Positions 63,836-64,000 of a stretch of 64,000 bases of DNA are shown here, one piece after another. The notes beneath the pieces were generated by a model. The model saw only the letters and a list, made by a program, of their open reading frames with translations. It was not told the DNA's origin and did not search any database. Both the position numbers and the translations under genes were made by a program. The DNA is from an uncultured Planctomycetota bacterium (GTDB lineage Bacteria > Planctomycetota > Planctomycetia > Pirellulales > Lacipirellulaceae): positions 2,080,001-2,144,000 of the forward strand of contig CAVRBU010000002.1 in NCBI GenBank assembly GCA_963719315.1. Reading direction: 5' to 3'. Numbering within the stretch: position 1 is the stretch's first letter; every line of letters starts with the position of its first letter.

Positions 63836-64000
63836 TTCCGACTTCCATTTTTCGGATGTGGATTCCATGAAACACCCACATTAGATAAGAAACCACCTAC
63901 GTTGCCGTCCCCAGCGACTGGATCAGTCCATGCTATACCGATGTCCGCTATCTCGGCAATTCAGATTGCGCCAATATTCCGATCCATCCGCCGCTTAAGC

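Overview
This is GC-rich bacterial chromosomal DNA, most likely from Planctomycetota (Pirellulales-like). That call is inferred from the DUF1559 prepilin-type protein, DUF1207, the planctomycete-style VWA/secretin-N protein and the short GlmU beside prs. The window is mostly housekeeping: tsaD, an HtrA protease, argB-argD-argF, glmU(N-terminal only)-prs, a UbiD decarboxylase, a ROK kinase, a complete nuoA-N operon, exbBD and a livKHMGF-type ABC transporter. Accessory content is one apparently intact IS630 that truncates a cupin gene, a degenerate DNA methyltransferase/specificity-domain remnant, a PL11-like beta-propeller enzyme and a DUF1559-lipoprotein-PqaA cluster. I recognised no rRNA, tRNA or CRISPR array. 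The most unusual structure is intergenic. (1) About ten heptamer-repeat hairpins each use a different 7-mer but share one architecture between a stop codon and the next start. (2) Several GTAG-type REP/REPIN families are present. (3) A 134-bp CTAG-ended palindromic MITE-like element sits at broken REP arms. (4) A REP doublet is translated in frame inside a methyltransferase. Frameshifts in eight genes, several of them core genes, most likely reflect consensus (long-read) errors. All product calls come from motif recognition by eye; no database search was run.
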